Shown here piece by piece: positions 49,261 to 63,300 of a DNA stretch of 64,000 nt. Position 1 is the stretch's first letter, and each line of letters begins with the position of its first letter. The DNA is taken from NCBI RefSeq assembly GCF_963675165.1, contig NC_087378.1, positions 206,562-270,561 of the forward strand, written 5' to 3'. A program made the position numbers and the translations under genes. Origin of the DNA: Halichondria panicea (taxonomy: Eukaryota). The notes below the pieces were generated by a model. The model worked only from the letters and a program-made list of their open reading frames with translations. It was not told the origin of the DNA and did not search any database.

Positions 49261-52003
49261 ATGGCAAGTCCTCCAGTAAGGCTAAACGTCTTCAGAAGTT
49301 CAGATGAGATAGTCAAGAGGTGTGGAAAGGTAAGTAGATGACATGTAATGTGCTAGCTAGTTCACATGACCTCGGCCTCGTAGGTGATGGTTGCTGGGCC
49401 CACTCTAGAGGCCACCCTCAAACTGGTCAGTGACAAGTATGGAGAGAAAGTGTTGGAGCTGCAGACAGTACGAGGGAGCACCATTGATGACCTCACTGTA
49501 TTGAGGTATATAGCTATGACATCATGTACTAGCTGGCTACACGTTTATGGTGCTATGTGTGTGTTGTCCTTTGCAGGGATTGGGATTACGTGATTGCTAT
49601 GATTAAAGGTAAGTTGTGACACATTTGGTGTTTTGATTGCTTTCCTTTGAGTATCATTTTTACCTTATATGGCCCTACTGTTCGTATCAGCTAACCCTGT
49701 CCGCATAGACCACCAAGACCTCACCAATACTCTGTGTGTGTCTCCTCCTAGGCACAGAATCAGAGGAGCCTCACTCATCACCACACACCCCATTGGAGCT
49801 GGACTCTGTCTCTATCAGCTCTGCCCCCTCCAGCAACCCCCCAACACCAGACCTCAATAGGGACAGGGGAGAGGCCAATGCTAGAGTTAGAGAACCGACT
49901 GATTTCTCTCTTCGAAGGACCACCTTATTGTCCACACCTGAAGCACCTTCTCGTAATGACTGGGTCAGACTGAATGTCGGTGGCAAGATCTTTGCTACCA
50001 CGAGGTAATAATGGCATTGTGTTGTGTAGTCATATATTTATAAGAATCATTATTTAAAATATTGCCTTTTTTGTCCCAATGACATGCAGGGCCACACTAA
50101 CATCCGATTCTAACTCAATGCTAGCAAGAATGTTTGAGTCATCAGGTATGCTACTAAAAATAGACTACTGCTGTATTATGTATAAATGTATTCATATATC
50201 TCAGGTTGGTTGAGTGCGACCGACTCCACTGGAGCTTACCTTATTGATAGATCACCTGACTATTTTGAGCCACTGCTCAACTTTCTTAGACACGGAAAAC
50301 TCCTTCTGAACGAAGGAATCAACCCACAGGGTAAGTGTTAGAAATTGCTTCCCTGTGACTTCACACACACACACGCCATTACAGGGGTTCTTGAAGAGGC
50401 AAAGTTCTTTGGCATATCTAAAGCGACTGAACGTTTGGAGGGGATGGTGGCCACTGAAGAGCTCTCTATAAGCGGCCACTTCACTCGCAAGGAGTTCCTT
50501 CGAATGCTCTCCATTACCTCTTCCTCAACTATTCTACGGTGTCAGGTACGCCTCTGAGGGTGTTCTGTTTAGAGAGGTATATAGTCAGCTAGTGAGAAAC
50601 CTTTGTAGCCTCCAGTATTGTATTATCGTCACTAGTATAGTATACATGTCGTATGCTAATTGACATGGACTTGTTATTGCTCTTAGCCTATAATCATTTA
50701 TGTAAAGGCTTGTGCATTTGTAACTTCTCTATGTATTATCTGATGGACTTTATCGTACCCACCCACTCAGGGCATCAACATGGAGGGGGTGGATCTTTCG
50801 AACCTTGACCTGCGGAACATCAACTTCAAGTGTGCCACTCTGCGTGGCTGCAACCTCTCCAATAGTGACCTCACTAACTGTGTTTTTGAAAGAGCTGATC
50901 TCACAAAGGCTACCCTCGATGTAAGTACAATACCTCCTAGTTGGTCTGGAATGGAACGCCTTGTATCTTGCAATAATAATGTCCCTCATCATACAACCTT
51001 TGCCCCCCTCCCAGAATGCAGTGATCCAATGTGTGCACATGCCGAGGGTGAATCTCGAGGGGGCCACTCTCAAGGGCTGCAGTATGGACGAGAGACTCAA
51101 CAAGTGCACCAACCTCGAAGGTAACAAAGTACCAGTAGAGCTTGTGCAATTATGTATTATGTTTGTTATACTCTAAGGCTGTTTTTTCGCCTCTGCATAG
51201 TTTTAAAGTAATTTTGTTCATCTGTCTCCAGGAGCCAATCTGAAAGGTATAAATTGTGACAACAGTCAAATGAATGGAGTCAATTTTCGTCTGGCCAGTC
51301 TGAAAGGAGCTTCACTTCGTTCCTGTAACCTGAGACACGCTATCATGGCAGGCACTGACTTAGAGGTGAGTAGTTTACAATGGCCTGCTGGGTAGGTAGG
51401 TAAATTAATTTTCTGTTGTCCTTTTCATTTTAAGGCTTTTGTAAGCTCCCATATTCCACTCGCCTTGTTTTGCATCCCTATATTGTAGCTATCATTGAGA
51501 TGCATTTCACCTCTCTTAGGACTGTGACTTGGAGGGCAGTGACTTGCAGCATGCTAACCTGAGAGGAGCCAATATAGAGGGCACCAATTTCCAAGATGTG
51601 GCAGTGTAACGGCCTTTATTGATTTGGTAGGCTTGAGTAGTACTAGTCAGAGCTTAAGTTAAATGGTCTGTCACTGCCCTCTCAGGTTAAAGGTTAAAGC
51701 TTGCTACTAATTGAAGTTTGCTAATAATTATACTTTTTCTTTTGTCCACACACACAGAACAGTGATTTGACTGGTTGCGATCTTCAGTATGCCAATCTAA
51801 GAGGGTCCAATCTAGCAGGTGCCGTGCTGGAGGATATCACTGCTCCTCTACACATGTCGCAAACTGTCAATGTTACAACTGTGCACACTAATCTTAGCAA
51901 TGGAGGGGTCATTGTAAATCAAGCAGCTGTGTTAGCAGGGGCCCCCTTAAACCCATCACAAGCACAAGAACAAGTCTTACTTAGAACGAACAGTGCACAA
52001 TAA
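49261..52003 (+). CDS. KCTD9: KCTD9 (KHA domain, BTB/POZ, pentapeptide repeats), 12 exons, gene span
   Basis: Exons at about 49261-49329, 49384-49505, 49577-49608, 49752-50004, 50090-50145, 50205-50330, 50385-50545, 50771-50920, 51015-51120, 51232-51365, 51520-51603 and 51758-52003. BTB segment: [88 protein letters not shown]. Pentapeptide repeats: [45 protein letters not shown]... Confidence 0.8.
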
Positions 52004-52553
52004 AACTGTGTGTGTGTGTGTGTGTTGTGTGCATTATTGTCTATGCAAGCCGCGGCTTGATTTCAATTCATAAGAATGAATATCATAACTGGCTGTGCGC
52101 GCAGTGAATGATGAAAACCACTAATAAGATAGAATGTTACTGTGGAATATAAATAGTCAAGCTATTTTATTACTGAGTAAGCTAGATGCGATGCCTCACT
52201 CAGAATCCCCTCCGAGCTCGCAGCTCTGTCGACAGGGTCGAGGGTCGAGCTGATGGAACGTGCCGTTTAGCGTAAACATAGATTCGGTGCCTCGCTCACG
52301 TACCTGTAAGCCTCCTCGCATGCACGGAGCTTGTACAAAGGCCGTCTATTTTTGTTTTTGTTTTGTCTGGTTCTGAGACTTTCTCTAATTTTTGTCAGCT
52401 TCAGGTGTTTCAATAAATGTATTACAATTTCTGAACAATCTGACGAGACAGGAAGGAATACATGCACAAGCAGGTACATACATACAGTGTATGAGTATAC
52501 AAAGACCAAGACAGACAGAACTAGTGATTTGTATGATGGGTGGGTGTGGTGAG

Positions 52554-55455
52554 CTACGACACTGTTCTCGTACTGCTATCTGATTGGTCAGTTTCCATGG
52601 GGGCAGGTGGACCTTCCGGGTCCAGGAAGTCCCAGATAAGAATGGTATCGTCATGAGAGCTGCTCACTATTTGGAAGTCATCAAACTGAAGTCTGAACAC
52701 TCGACCAGTGTGCTCTTGCTGTGAGGGGTGTGTGTGTGTGAGATGTGTGTGTGTGGAGGGGGTGTGAGGTGTGAGTGGAGGGAGTGGGGAGTTAAGGTAA
52801 GTAGAAGGTATACACACACACATACATGTAGCCTACAGACGGACACAATGATAACCTCACCACGAGTGTTCTGAGACAGATGGCGTCTGCAGGAGTGCGT
52901 GGGTCCAGTGCAGCCTGGAAGTCCCACACCTTGATGGCACTGGAGGGGCAGTAAAATAATGTCATGTAGTAATGAGAATAATTATTTGAATTTTCCACAA
53001 TCTCACTAGACTAGTAAAATTGAAGCACACAAAAAACAACATAAACTGCCCTTTAGATACATAAACATTTCCCCTTCCCAGCTAAAAATCTTGTATGTAC
53101 TACTTTGCCTGGCTCACCCGTCATAAGCTCCACTGACAATCCTCTTGTCATCGAAGCGTATGCACCTGACCAAGTCGTCGTGGCCCTCTAACAGCCGCAG
53201 ACACGCCCCCAACTCAATGTCCCATATCCTGATGGTATTGTCGGATGACCCACTCACTACGTGGTTGCCACGGTACTGTAGACAAGCTATCCCTCTTCTG
53301 TGTCCATGAAGAGTCCGCACAAACTCACTAGTAGACGTCCGCCAAACCTGAGTTTTGAATTTGAATTCGAAAAGTTTATCCCAAAAGGAAAGGGTTGGGG
53401 GGCAGCAAGGTGAGCCAACCAACACATGGCCACATTAGACCACTAGTAACAGTACAGGTACATACCTTGATGGTTCTGTCTCCAGAGGCAGACACAATAT
53501 ATCGGTCATCAAAGTCCACCACATTGACTGCTGCCCTGTGCCCCACGAGAACTCTCCTCAGAACAATGTCCTTGGTACTGCGCATGTCCCACACGGCAAT
53601 GGTACGATCCTGTGGGGAGAGAGAGCAGTGTTTAATCAGCAACAAGAAACTGACTTATAAGACGATAATTATAGCTATTCAGTATCTTACCTTTGAGCAG
53701 GTGACCATTGTCTTGTTGCAGAACCTCAGATGGAGCACAGCCTCGCAATGATGGACCAGAGTGTTGAGCATTGTACCACTGGCCACATCCCACACACTGT
53801 ACACAATACACACACATTGACCACCTATACACTTGAGGTCCAGCTACCCTCACCGTATGGTTGAATCACTGGACCCCGTGACAACAACGTCCTCATCATA
53901 CTGGAGACAGAGTACAGAGCCAGTGTGGCCTTGAAGGATACGAATACACTCCAGAGTATGCCTGTTCCACACCTACGAGGTAAGAGGGGGGAGATCACAT
54001 GACTGAGAGTATGGATTATCAGCTCCACAAGAGAGATAACATATCCTACCAACTACATGTACTGTGTGTGCTACTAAGGCAGCACAGTATTATATATAAA
54101 TTATAACAGTATAATTGTACTGGTGGGTACGGGGACGTGGGCTGTGGGGAGCATTTTTGTGGGCATTGAACCAGGGAGAGTACACACACACAAGGTTATA
54201 AAACAAAGGAAGTGCTAATCAAGAAAGGAAGTGCTAATCAAGAAAGGAGACTTTGAGGCTGTGTACTCACCTTGATGGTGTTGTCTCTGAGCCCACTCAC
54301 GATCTTCTTGTCATCGTACTGCAGACAATAGACTCCCTTGCTGTTCTCACTGTGACACTCAATCCGGGTGAGAGAATGGTGTCCATTCTTCCAGTTAGCC
54401 ACCATCCTCTGAAAGGTAGGGAGGGCACAATCAAACACAGAGTTTGCTGTTAACTAATGTACATGCACAATGCAAAGTTACATTTTGCATACCGTGACTT
54501 GATATAATTACGCATAATTATTTGTAATCATATAAACTGATCTATTTATGCATATTGGATACTGACATGCGTATAATTATAATTATATCCGCCCACTCCT
54601 TAGCAAGCTTCTCAGGCCAAAACTTAATTGGCAGACTCCCCTGACTACCACTGACCCCTAACCATCACTGACCCCTAACCACTGACTATCTGATATTATA
54701 GACCTCATAGACCTCACCTCTATGTCCTTGATAATGGCAGGGTATAGCTTGCGGTAGTACTGGTGGGCCAACCCCTCTGATTGGGGTACATGACGAAACA
54801 AGTACTTGGACCACCCCCTGCGCTCAGATAGACCCTTGTATACGGTATCTGTGGCAACCTTCATCTCGATAATTTTCTTCCACAGCAGTCCGTCCTCGAC
54901 AACACGAAACCATTCAGTGCACACCAGCTCAGCTCTACACAGAGACTTGGCATCGAGATAGGATAGGATCTTGTAGGCTATGTGGTGAAGGCCCTTGCCT
55001 ACAATGGGGGGTAGATGATTGCTATCAGTACTATATAATAGAGCCTGTTGTTAGGGGTAGTAGCGTGTACTGCAATGACATACTTGTAGTAATGAATTGC
55101 TCGGACAATATAATGTGATCAACAGATATTCCACACACAACCACTTACTAGGCAGGACGGTGATGAAGTCACGTTGGAGCATGGGCATTAGAATGGTGTA
55201 CAGATGCTCGTGTTGGTTGAAGCTCATGCGTGCAATCACTTGCTCCACAAACTCTGTCTGTCGTGTTTGGGCCCACGTCTCAAACATCCGTAGACACATC
55301 TCCGTCTCTTGGTCGTGTTGTTCCCGTGGTGACATGGAGAACTGTGAAGAGTCCTCGTCCCCATCACGTCCCACCATCATCTCCACGCTCTCTCGCTTGA
55401 GCTCCTCAAGGTCCAGGTTGAACTGAAGTGCGTTGCCTTCAGATGATAACGCCAT
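52554..55455 (-). CDS. BTRC: beta-TrCP (F-box/WD40 repeat protein 1A/11), gene span
   Basis: Minus-strand exons at about 55151-55455 (D-domain, [20 protein letters not shown]...[12 protein letters not shown]), 54718-55007 (F-box, [44 protein letters not shown]...), 54271-54408, about 53868-53986, about 53690-53796, about 53470-53613, about 53123-53349, about 52853-52932 and 52554-52718 (WD40 blades, for example [50 protein letters not shown]). Near-colinear with human BTRC. Confidence 0.85.
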
Positions 55456-55980
55456 ACTGTATGTGTATGTATGTGTGTGTGAGGTGTGACTATGTATGTG
55501 TGTGTGAGGTGTGACTATGTGTGTGTGTGTGCGGACGTCTGTGTGCGTGTGTGTGTGAGGTGTGTGTACGTCTGTGTATGTGTAAGCAACTGACCCAATA
55601 CCACTAAACAACCACACCTCTAGCTACTATGGTACACTGTCTATAAAGGAAGTAGTCTCCCTATTAAACACACAGTACATGAAGCCCTTATCTTTCACCT
55701 TTATACAAGAGTTAAGTTGTAGATGTATGATCAGCTAGGGTCCAACTTGTTTACAGAGCAGTCGCCTCCTTGTGCAATGCAGCAATCAGCCTAGTCTTCT
55801 ACGGAGACGCTATTGCATAGTTTGGAAATCCCCGAGGGTGCTCAGAATGAGTCAGCAAATTCACATAAAGAGAATGACACAGCACTTTTTAGCGTTTTAG
55901 CGGAGGTCAGAGGTCATATTTAGTGGGCGTGCATTTGGTGGGCGTGCCAGAAGAAAGCAAAATCCACGTGGAACTGAAAG

Positions 55981-56983
55981 ATGGCTAGTTTGGAAGAGCA
56001 GTTGTCTGCTTTGGTGAGCGTTCAAGTGATATTTAATGTTCTCTTTGTGCTAGTAATGTTCTACTGTAGGGGGTGGAGGGGGTCCAACCCGTGGGGGGTA
56101 TGTTGTCTGGTGCCAAGGCTGAGGACTTTGAAAACAATGTGAGTTGTGAGTACATTTTAATATTAGACATGCCCCCGGGTGACTCTCACTCGTACTTGTA
56201 GCCCGTGCTGGAGCAGATGTGGGCCATGCAAGCATTCAAGTATGCTGAGACACACTTCACTGTGAGTTGAAACTATTGCTACAATTATGTCGTATTATTA
56301 TAAAGTAGTGTTCTCGTGTATACAGCTCATCCAGAGCAGGGATGCCAAGGAGTTCCAACTGACCAGGTACAGTGTCAGAGTGTCCATATGGTGTGTCTAT
56401 ATGGTGTTGTGTTTAATAGCAGAGTGTCTTGTTCACAGGGTGGACGATGAGCTGTACGAGGCAGTCCGGGAGAGGTTTAAGGAGCTCAAGGTATCAGACA
56501 GTGGTTCAATCCACTTACGTACGTACACAGATCTAGCTGTATGGTCCAATGCACACAGATCTAGCTGTATGGTTCAACACAGGTGGACGTGATTGACGTG
56601 GAGAGTATCAAGTCACCAGCTGGGAAGGAGGTTGTTTACACTGTGTGTGTGTGTGTCAGTCAGTGCAGTGTGTTGCTGTGTGTAGGTATGGCGACAGTTC
56701 TGTAATGACTTCAGGGAGAAGGTGCATGACTTCAACTTTGCCACCCTCCTAAGGTAACCACTCTTGTCATGGGGTGTGTGTGAATGTATTATATTGTCCC
56801 ACAGAATTGACTCATCTAAAGAATACGATGAAGCCAACACTGTCATTGGTGAGTAGCAATGTTCATTGACTGATCTAACCGCTGACCCCCCATATAGTTC
56901 CACGTGCCCAGTTCCTTGCTATTGAAGTGGTCAGAAACAGACAAGGGCTTAACTCTATGCACTCTAAAAAGACTACTAGCTAA
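55981..56983 (+). CDS. PBDC1: PBDC1 (polysaccharide biosynthesis domain-containing 1) homolog, 9 small exons
   Basis: Exons at about 55981-56013, 56070-56138, 56202-56261, 56336-56376, 56439-56490, 56583-56630, 56686-56753, 56805-56848 and 56898-56983. PVLEQMWAMQAFKYAETHFTLIQSRDAKEFQLTRVDDELYEAVRERFKELK...VWRQFCNDFREKVHDFNFATLLRIDSSKEYDEANTVI aligns to human PBDC1 (DIEMAWAMRAMQHAEVYYKLISSVDPQFLKLTKVDDQIYSEFRKNFETLRIDV...KWRPFCLKFNGIVEDFNYGTLLRLDCSQGYTEENTIF). Confidence 0.75.
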
Positions 56984-57172
56984 ACTGTGTTTGTTTGTTT
57001 GTTTGTTATTGGCTACATGCATGGCTGTGTTGAATGAACAGCATACTTATCAGAGTGTTGCATCTCAAACAGAATGCAGTCTATAGCAGGTGTTGCACAA
57101 ATAAGGAAACTGAATTGGCTTCTGGGAACAAAGAAAGCTAGCTTGCACGTTGGCTAAGCTGTAATAGAGAAA

Positions 57173-58208
57173 ATGGAGTTTAAGACGCTGACACTAATTC
57201 TGTTGTTCCTGTGTGCAGGGAAAGGGCTCGGGCAAACTAATACTAGTAATAGTAAGTGAATTGTCAGTGCCATGCCAGTGGCCTAAGCTAGCTAACCATA
57301 ATAATTATTAGATACATATATGCTATGCTATTCTCCCTGTACACAATAGGTACCACTGGTGCTCCAACTACACAAGTACCAACAACTACAATACCGTCAA
57401 CCACCGAGACAACTACCACTGTGCCAACTACCATCGAGCCAGCTGCCACTGAGCCGCCAGCAACCACTGGACCAGCTACCAATGTTACTGAGCTAGCTAC
57501 CAATGTTACTGAGCTAGCAACCACTGGACCAGCTACCACTGTTCCTGAGCCGCCAGCAACCACTGGACCAGCTACCACTGTTAACGTTACTGAGCTAGCT
57601 ACCATTGTTACTGAGCTAGCAACCACTGGACCAACTACCACTGTTACTGAGCTAGCTACCACTGTTACTGAGCTAGCTACCACTGTTACTGAGCTAGCTA
57701 CCACTGTTACTGAGCTAGCTACCACTGGACCAGCTACCACTGTTACTGAGCTAGCAACCACTGGACCAGCTACCACTGTTACTGAGCTAGCAACCACTGG
57801 ACCAGCTACCACTGAGCCAGCTGGAGGATCTGGGCGTCCTTCGCAAGAGTTTGTGGTGGCCATGAGCATCATCGGTACCTTCCTTGTCGTCTTCCTTCTC
57901 CTTATTTGCGGCCTCAGCCTGATCCTCTACATAATCTGTAAAAGTGAGTGTGTCTATTCTTGCAGTTTAGTCACTCTGTGTGCGTGTGTGTACGTGCAGG
58001 GCGTGTGTCTCGTCTCAAGGATGAGGTTGTGTGGGTGGACACTGAACATTGTGAGCAGTCCTGTAATGTTGTGCTCACTGATGTCAAAGAAACACCAGCC
58101 ACACCCACATCACCAGTGAAGGAAGGAAAGAACGAGAGCGACGCTGCACTCACTGCCTGCACATTTGGCTTTGAAGGGGAGATCGTAAAGAGTGAGGAGA
58201 TGAGCATG
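57173..58208 (+). CDS. Mucin-like type I membrane protein: signal peptide exon (57173-57251), Thr/Pro-rich tandem-repeat ectodomain plus TM exon (57350-57943), cytoplasmic exon (58000-58208)
   Basis: Signal peptide MEFKTLTLILLFLCAGKGLGQ. Ectodomain (TELATTV / GPATTV)n. TM helix VVAMSIIGTFLVVFLLLICGLSLILYIICK. Tail with the CTFGFEGEIVKSEEM motif. Confidence 0.65.
57460..57830 (+). repeat. Coding tandem repeat (21-bp GTTACTGAGCTAGCTACCACT and 15-bp GGACCAGCTACCACT units, about 36-bp composite, about 10 copies) encoding a VTELATT/GPATT array
   Basis: Direct observation. Gives an O-glycosylation-type Thr-rich repeat. Confidence 0.85.
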
Positions 58209-58462
58209 GTACGTCATTACCCTGTGTGAGAGTGTGGCTATCATGTGTATCGTTTCACAGAGCAAATTCAACGAAGAAGTTTGAGTACTAAACATTCAAA
58301 AACTAGACTATTTATGTATTTCCTTGCCATTATTTACTCAATATACAGATGTTTATATAGATGTATACTTCCTGTTTTCATTGAAACGTTCCCTATAAAT
58401 ACATCTCTCAGTAGCAACAGTAGCCAGCTAGCTAGTGTGTGGTATGTAGCTCTGTGGAATTA

Positions 58463-60125
58463 ATGGCTACTGTCACAATTAATGGAGTAAGTTTTCCCCT
58501 CGAGGCCATTTACATCGTTGGTGCTCTCTGTGGTCTGATTGTTATCTTCCTCTTCTTTATTTCCTGCCTCTCGTGCATCCTCTGTGCCCTGCCGCGACGT
58601 AAGCCACACACACCACACACACCACACTCACCACCCACTCCTCCTCTTGCAGGATCAGAGAGCCCCCGGGACAAGACAGAACCTCTAGTCCTCAAGTGGG
58701 CTGACACTGAACCTGGAAACGTGGAACTGCTGGCAATGAGAACTCTCTCTGAGACAATATTAGAGCCAGCTACGACCACAGCGGACGAAACAAAGAGTGA
58801 GAATAGCGATGAGGAGGTCACTGCTGGGACATTTGGCTTTCAGGGAGAGATTGTCAAGAACCAGGAGATAGTAACGGTATTGTGTAATGCTGTTTTGGTG
58901 TGCTAACTATCTTGAGTGTGAGTAGGTGGAGTGCAACGATGAAGACACAGATACAAAGCAACAAGTTGAAGAAAGCCAGCCAGCGACTAGTGTGAGTCTA
59001 TTAGCCTGCTAGCTGAGTGAGTGTGTGTGTGGGTGGGTATTGCCACTAATGCTTGACAAACATTCTATGTCGCAGAACAAGCTTTAAATTGTTGATTTGA
59101 AGTGTTTACTTTCTGTAATGTAATCATTCATTTTAGTACTCTACATTAGTGATTGCTTTTATTGCTGCATGGACTGCTGCCACTGTTTGCATTCACTAAC
59201 AGCCTTGTTCATATAATGCAGACCTTTGGTGTCCTCTCTGACAAGCAACCTCTCGGCAGTGTCCAGAAGGTGCATGAACTCACTACATTAATAGCTAACA
59301 CTGTCTGTATTACTGTTCATATTATTGTGCAGCCTGACCTTGTCCTGAGTACACCTGTGGTGATAGTCCTGGAAGAGGCCACACCCACTAAGCCCCCCTC
59401 TGATGACAAGCCCACACTTGACGAGCACACCACCCTCATGTCTGATACCATTGAACCCCATGAACCCATTGTAGATACTGCCAAGTAAGCCTTCACAATT
59501 AACGTACTGTCCGTGTGTTTAAAGTCATTACTGTCCTTTATTGCTATTCTTTTATGCTCACAAGTTGCTGACATTGGCATATTATTCTTTTCAAATTGCC
59601 TATTATTCTTTTCAAATCGCCACATTATTCCTCCAAAGCACAACATAGACCCCATGTTGTCGCACAAGTAACATTAAACTATAAATAATGGCCACACGAC
59701 TCCACCTATTAGCACTAATGTAGAATGCCAAGGAGATATAATCATCCACCAGTACTTCCATCAGGCCTACAAATGTTTATACTATAATTCGTACTGACCT
59801 GTTTTTCCAAAACCTACCTTAATTGTTATATAAAGGTGCCTAGTATGCCAGCATAATTCTCACCCAAAAAATGTGCCTATTATGCTTAAAATTATGCCAG
59901 CATAATCTACTAACCCCTATCCCTTGTCCATTTCCCCATGCAAGGCCTACTGCAGCCAACAAGTCAACAGAAGAGATCACTAGTAATAGTACAGCTGCTG
60001 ACACTGGCAAGAGCCTCGAACAACCCAACAGCCCAAACATATTGTTCATGGACGATATTGACAAAGCTTTGGGGATGAGCCCATTGGACATGCAGTTGAT
60101 GGACATCCCGGGAACTTCCCTCTAG
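58463..60125 (+). CDS. Second TM-plus-cytoplasmic-tail unit (58463-58878) and downstream exons (about 58926-58989 and 59945-60125), paralogous to the 57900-58208 unit; either further exons of the mucin-like gene or a tandem paralog
   Basis: MATVTINGVSFPLEAIYIVGALCGLIVIFLFFISCLSCILC, then a PHTPHTPHSPPTPP tail ending TAGTFGFQGEIVKNQEIVT (the same motif as TACTFGFEGEIVKSEEMSM). Terminal exon ...ILFMDDIDKALGMSPLDMQLMDIPGTSL*. Confidence 0.45.
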
Positions 60126-60339
60126 AACTCATAATTAGAGCATAGCTATAGCGTTTGTTATGATAGCGTTTGTTGTTCAAGCGTTTTGTTGTTCACAGGT
60201 GTTTAGTAATAAAACAGATTGTTTGTAAAAACATTATGAACATAATAAATTATTGTATGATGGGATATAAAATGACTGTTCTAAAAATGGCACACTACAT
60301 ATATATATATATAGAGTCTGGCTACATGTCACACATTGT

Positions 60340-63300
60340 TGATCATTCTATTGTAAAGTTAACGGTACGGCGAATTCTCCTGGCACAGGCATCACCATTA
60401 GGCCGAACCTTGAATGCATAAACTCCAGCTACCAGGTTACCAAGGTTAGAGGGAGATGTGCCTGCAAGAGAAAAAAGTGTACGGATATTGTCACAGGGTT
60501 ATATAGAAATTCAAAAATGACCATAAAATGACACTAAGTCATGTGATACTCACATGGTACATACTCTCCGACAGCCCCATTGATGGTGAGACGACACTCA
60601 GTGTCGGTGACTGGTCCAATCTCATTCCACTCTATTTGTACGAACCCAGCTTCGTCCACGACAACCACATCCTCTTGTGCAGCATTAACAAACACCACAG
60701 AACAGTCCATGTTGAACCCTACAGGGAAAGGGGTGTGGCATTCAGTAACTATAGAGACACACTAGCCACTCCACCTACCTAGTCGCACTTGTCTGGTTAT
60801 GTTGGCAATCTCCAATCCCTGAGAATCAAAGGCAGTCACTATGAATGTATATGGTTCTTGTCGATCCGGTGGCAGGCCAAAGAAGGTCACAGTCCTTGAT
60901 GAACCTGGAGGGGGCGGGGCATGTGTTAGGGGGGGTGGTCTGAGGCTAGTGTACATGCTCACAATCTACGGGTCCAAGGGTGCCGAGTTGACACAAGGCT
61001 GAGGCAACATCACTACGCAGAGTGAAATCTACGAGCACAGAAGCGGAGGTTGGGCTGTCCAGAGTCACTCTCGGTGTGTCGTTGATGATGACTATCCCAG
61101 GGGACACTGTACATGGCAACACAGTGTGTGTGTATGGTGTGGTAGCTGGACTATGTATCAACACAGTGTGTGTATATGGTGCGGTAGCGGGACTATGTAT
61201 CAACACAATGTGTGTGTATGGTGTGGTAGCGGGACTATGTATCAACACAGTGTGTGTGTATGGTGTGGTAGCGGGACTATGTATCAACACAGTGTGTGTG
61301 TATGGTGTGGTAGCGGGACTATGTATCAACACAGTGTGTGTGTATGGTGTGGTAGGGGACTATATATGTATCAACGCAGTGTGTGTGTGTGTGTGGTGTG
61401 GTAGCGGGGACTATGTACAGTGTGTGTGTGTGTGTGGTGTGGTAGCGGGACTATATATGTACAGTGTGTGTGGAAAACATGTGGGAGAAAACAATACAAG
61501 TAACTGATGGGAGGGAATTAAAATTTGTTGGTGTGTACACAAAGAAGAAAGCCTAGCTGTTAGTCAGATGTATATGGTGTTGCCTATGTGACATGTATAT
61601 ACGTATATACCTTCATCATCATCAATAATAACCACTGTGGCTGTGTTGGGGGAGAGGGTGACAGGAAGACCCCCCGCGGAGACAGAGACTAAGAAGCTCT
61701 CCGTAGAGGATTCAGGGAGGTCATTCCCCACAATGGTGTACATAGCACACTGCGTGGTAGCCCCCCCGGACACAAAGGACACAATACGATCACCACCGAT
61801 GTAGTCAGAGCCATCTACAGAAAGGGATCAATCATATGTACAAGGTGCACTCAACAACACAGCCAACTACACTGTGTAATGAGGTCAACCTACACCTACA
61901 CTCACCGAGAGCAGAGCCTTGGATTGTTGATACGGTGAAGTCCAGCTGCCCTGAAAGAGGTGCTTCAGAGATGGTGAGGCACACAGGGACAACGGCCTGG
62001 GACTCCCCCTCCAACACAGAGAAACTAGGATCACTGAATCCAACAACCGTCGCTACTATAGGAGCTGTGTGTGTGTGTGTGGGGGGGGAGGGGGCAGTCA
62101 AAGGGTGGTTATTATCTGAGCTCCACAGTGCACTTACGGTCATCATCAATGATGGTAATAGAGGCAGACTGACGGAAGAACACAACAGCTGAGTCGGTGG
62201 TTGACAGGTCAGCAAAGAACATCTCTGTTGGTTCGTTGATTACGTCGTTGATGAGAGTGATGAACTCACAGATGAACGGTTCCGTGTTGATGGGACTAAA
62301 GGTGACCGTAACAGTCTCCGCTACGAAATCCTGGCCAGCTGGAGGACAATGGACAATACAGAGAGAGAACAGTTAATAAACAACCCATACAAAGCACATC
62401 ATGTCTTAGAGCTATACACAATGGCCCCACCCACTCACCCAGCGCACTGCCCGCCCTCAGTGTGAGCGTGAGGATGACATCTCTGTTGACAACATTGTTT
62501 GTAAGGTCCACACACACCATCAAGTTAGTGGCGTCTTCGTTCTCATTGAATGTGTAGCTGAGTTGACTCAAGCCGACTGAAACAGTATTGTCTGTGAGAG
62601 GGGAGGGGTTTATACACAACAACCTAATCACCAGCTGTTACATACCGAGCGTGTCGAGTATAGAGACAATGGCAGGTGAACCCAATGACCCCGGGAAGTC
62701 CCCACTTGTTAGTGAGATGCTGAATGTTTCAGTGCCCTCCTGTACAGTATCCTCCAAGATGGTAACCGTGGTGCACTGTCGTCTTGGCCCACTCGGAGTG
62801 AACATGAGCAGCGTGGTGAGGGGAGCATAGTCAAAGCCAGCTGAAGGGGGGGGGAGTAATAGCATTGTGTAAATTAACACAATCATAATAATACCATTTG
62901 CTGTGATGTCATTTGCTGTCACAGTGATGGTTGTGGGGGCGGTGAGTTGAGCTCCATTGACCACAATACACACACTTAAACTGCCGTCTTCTTCATTCAC
63001 AGAGTATGTACTCATCTCCACAGCAATGGTGGCTGGGAGGGGATCGTCACTGATGATGGTAACCAGAACAGTCTGATCTGGTTGGCCAGTTTGTTGTAGT
63101 CGGATGGTAAACAATTCGTTAGATTCAAAGAAGGAATCATCGATGATATCGAGAGGTAGACATATTCTAGTGGGAGAGGTGGAGGTGAAGGAGATCTCTC
63201 CAATCTTGTCCACATAGTCATCACCAGCTGCATAGGGGGCAAAGGTTATGTCGCCCACACACACACACTGACTGACTCACCTGTGGCTGTGTTGGCTACA

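Noticed and set aside
57288-57872. 194-aa minus-strand open frame (VVASSVTVVAGPVVASS...)
   Set aside because: It is the antisense reading of the mucin-like coding tandem repeat. The plus-strand frame has the signal peptide, TM helix and splice sites.
60946-61507. Open frames with 14-aa periodic peptides (HSPATTPYTHTVLI... on minus; CVYGVVAGLCINTV... on plus)
   Set aside because: They are generated by the 42-bp intronic minisatellite and are open on both strands simultaneously. This is a repeat artefact, not a coding region.
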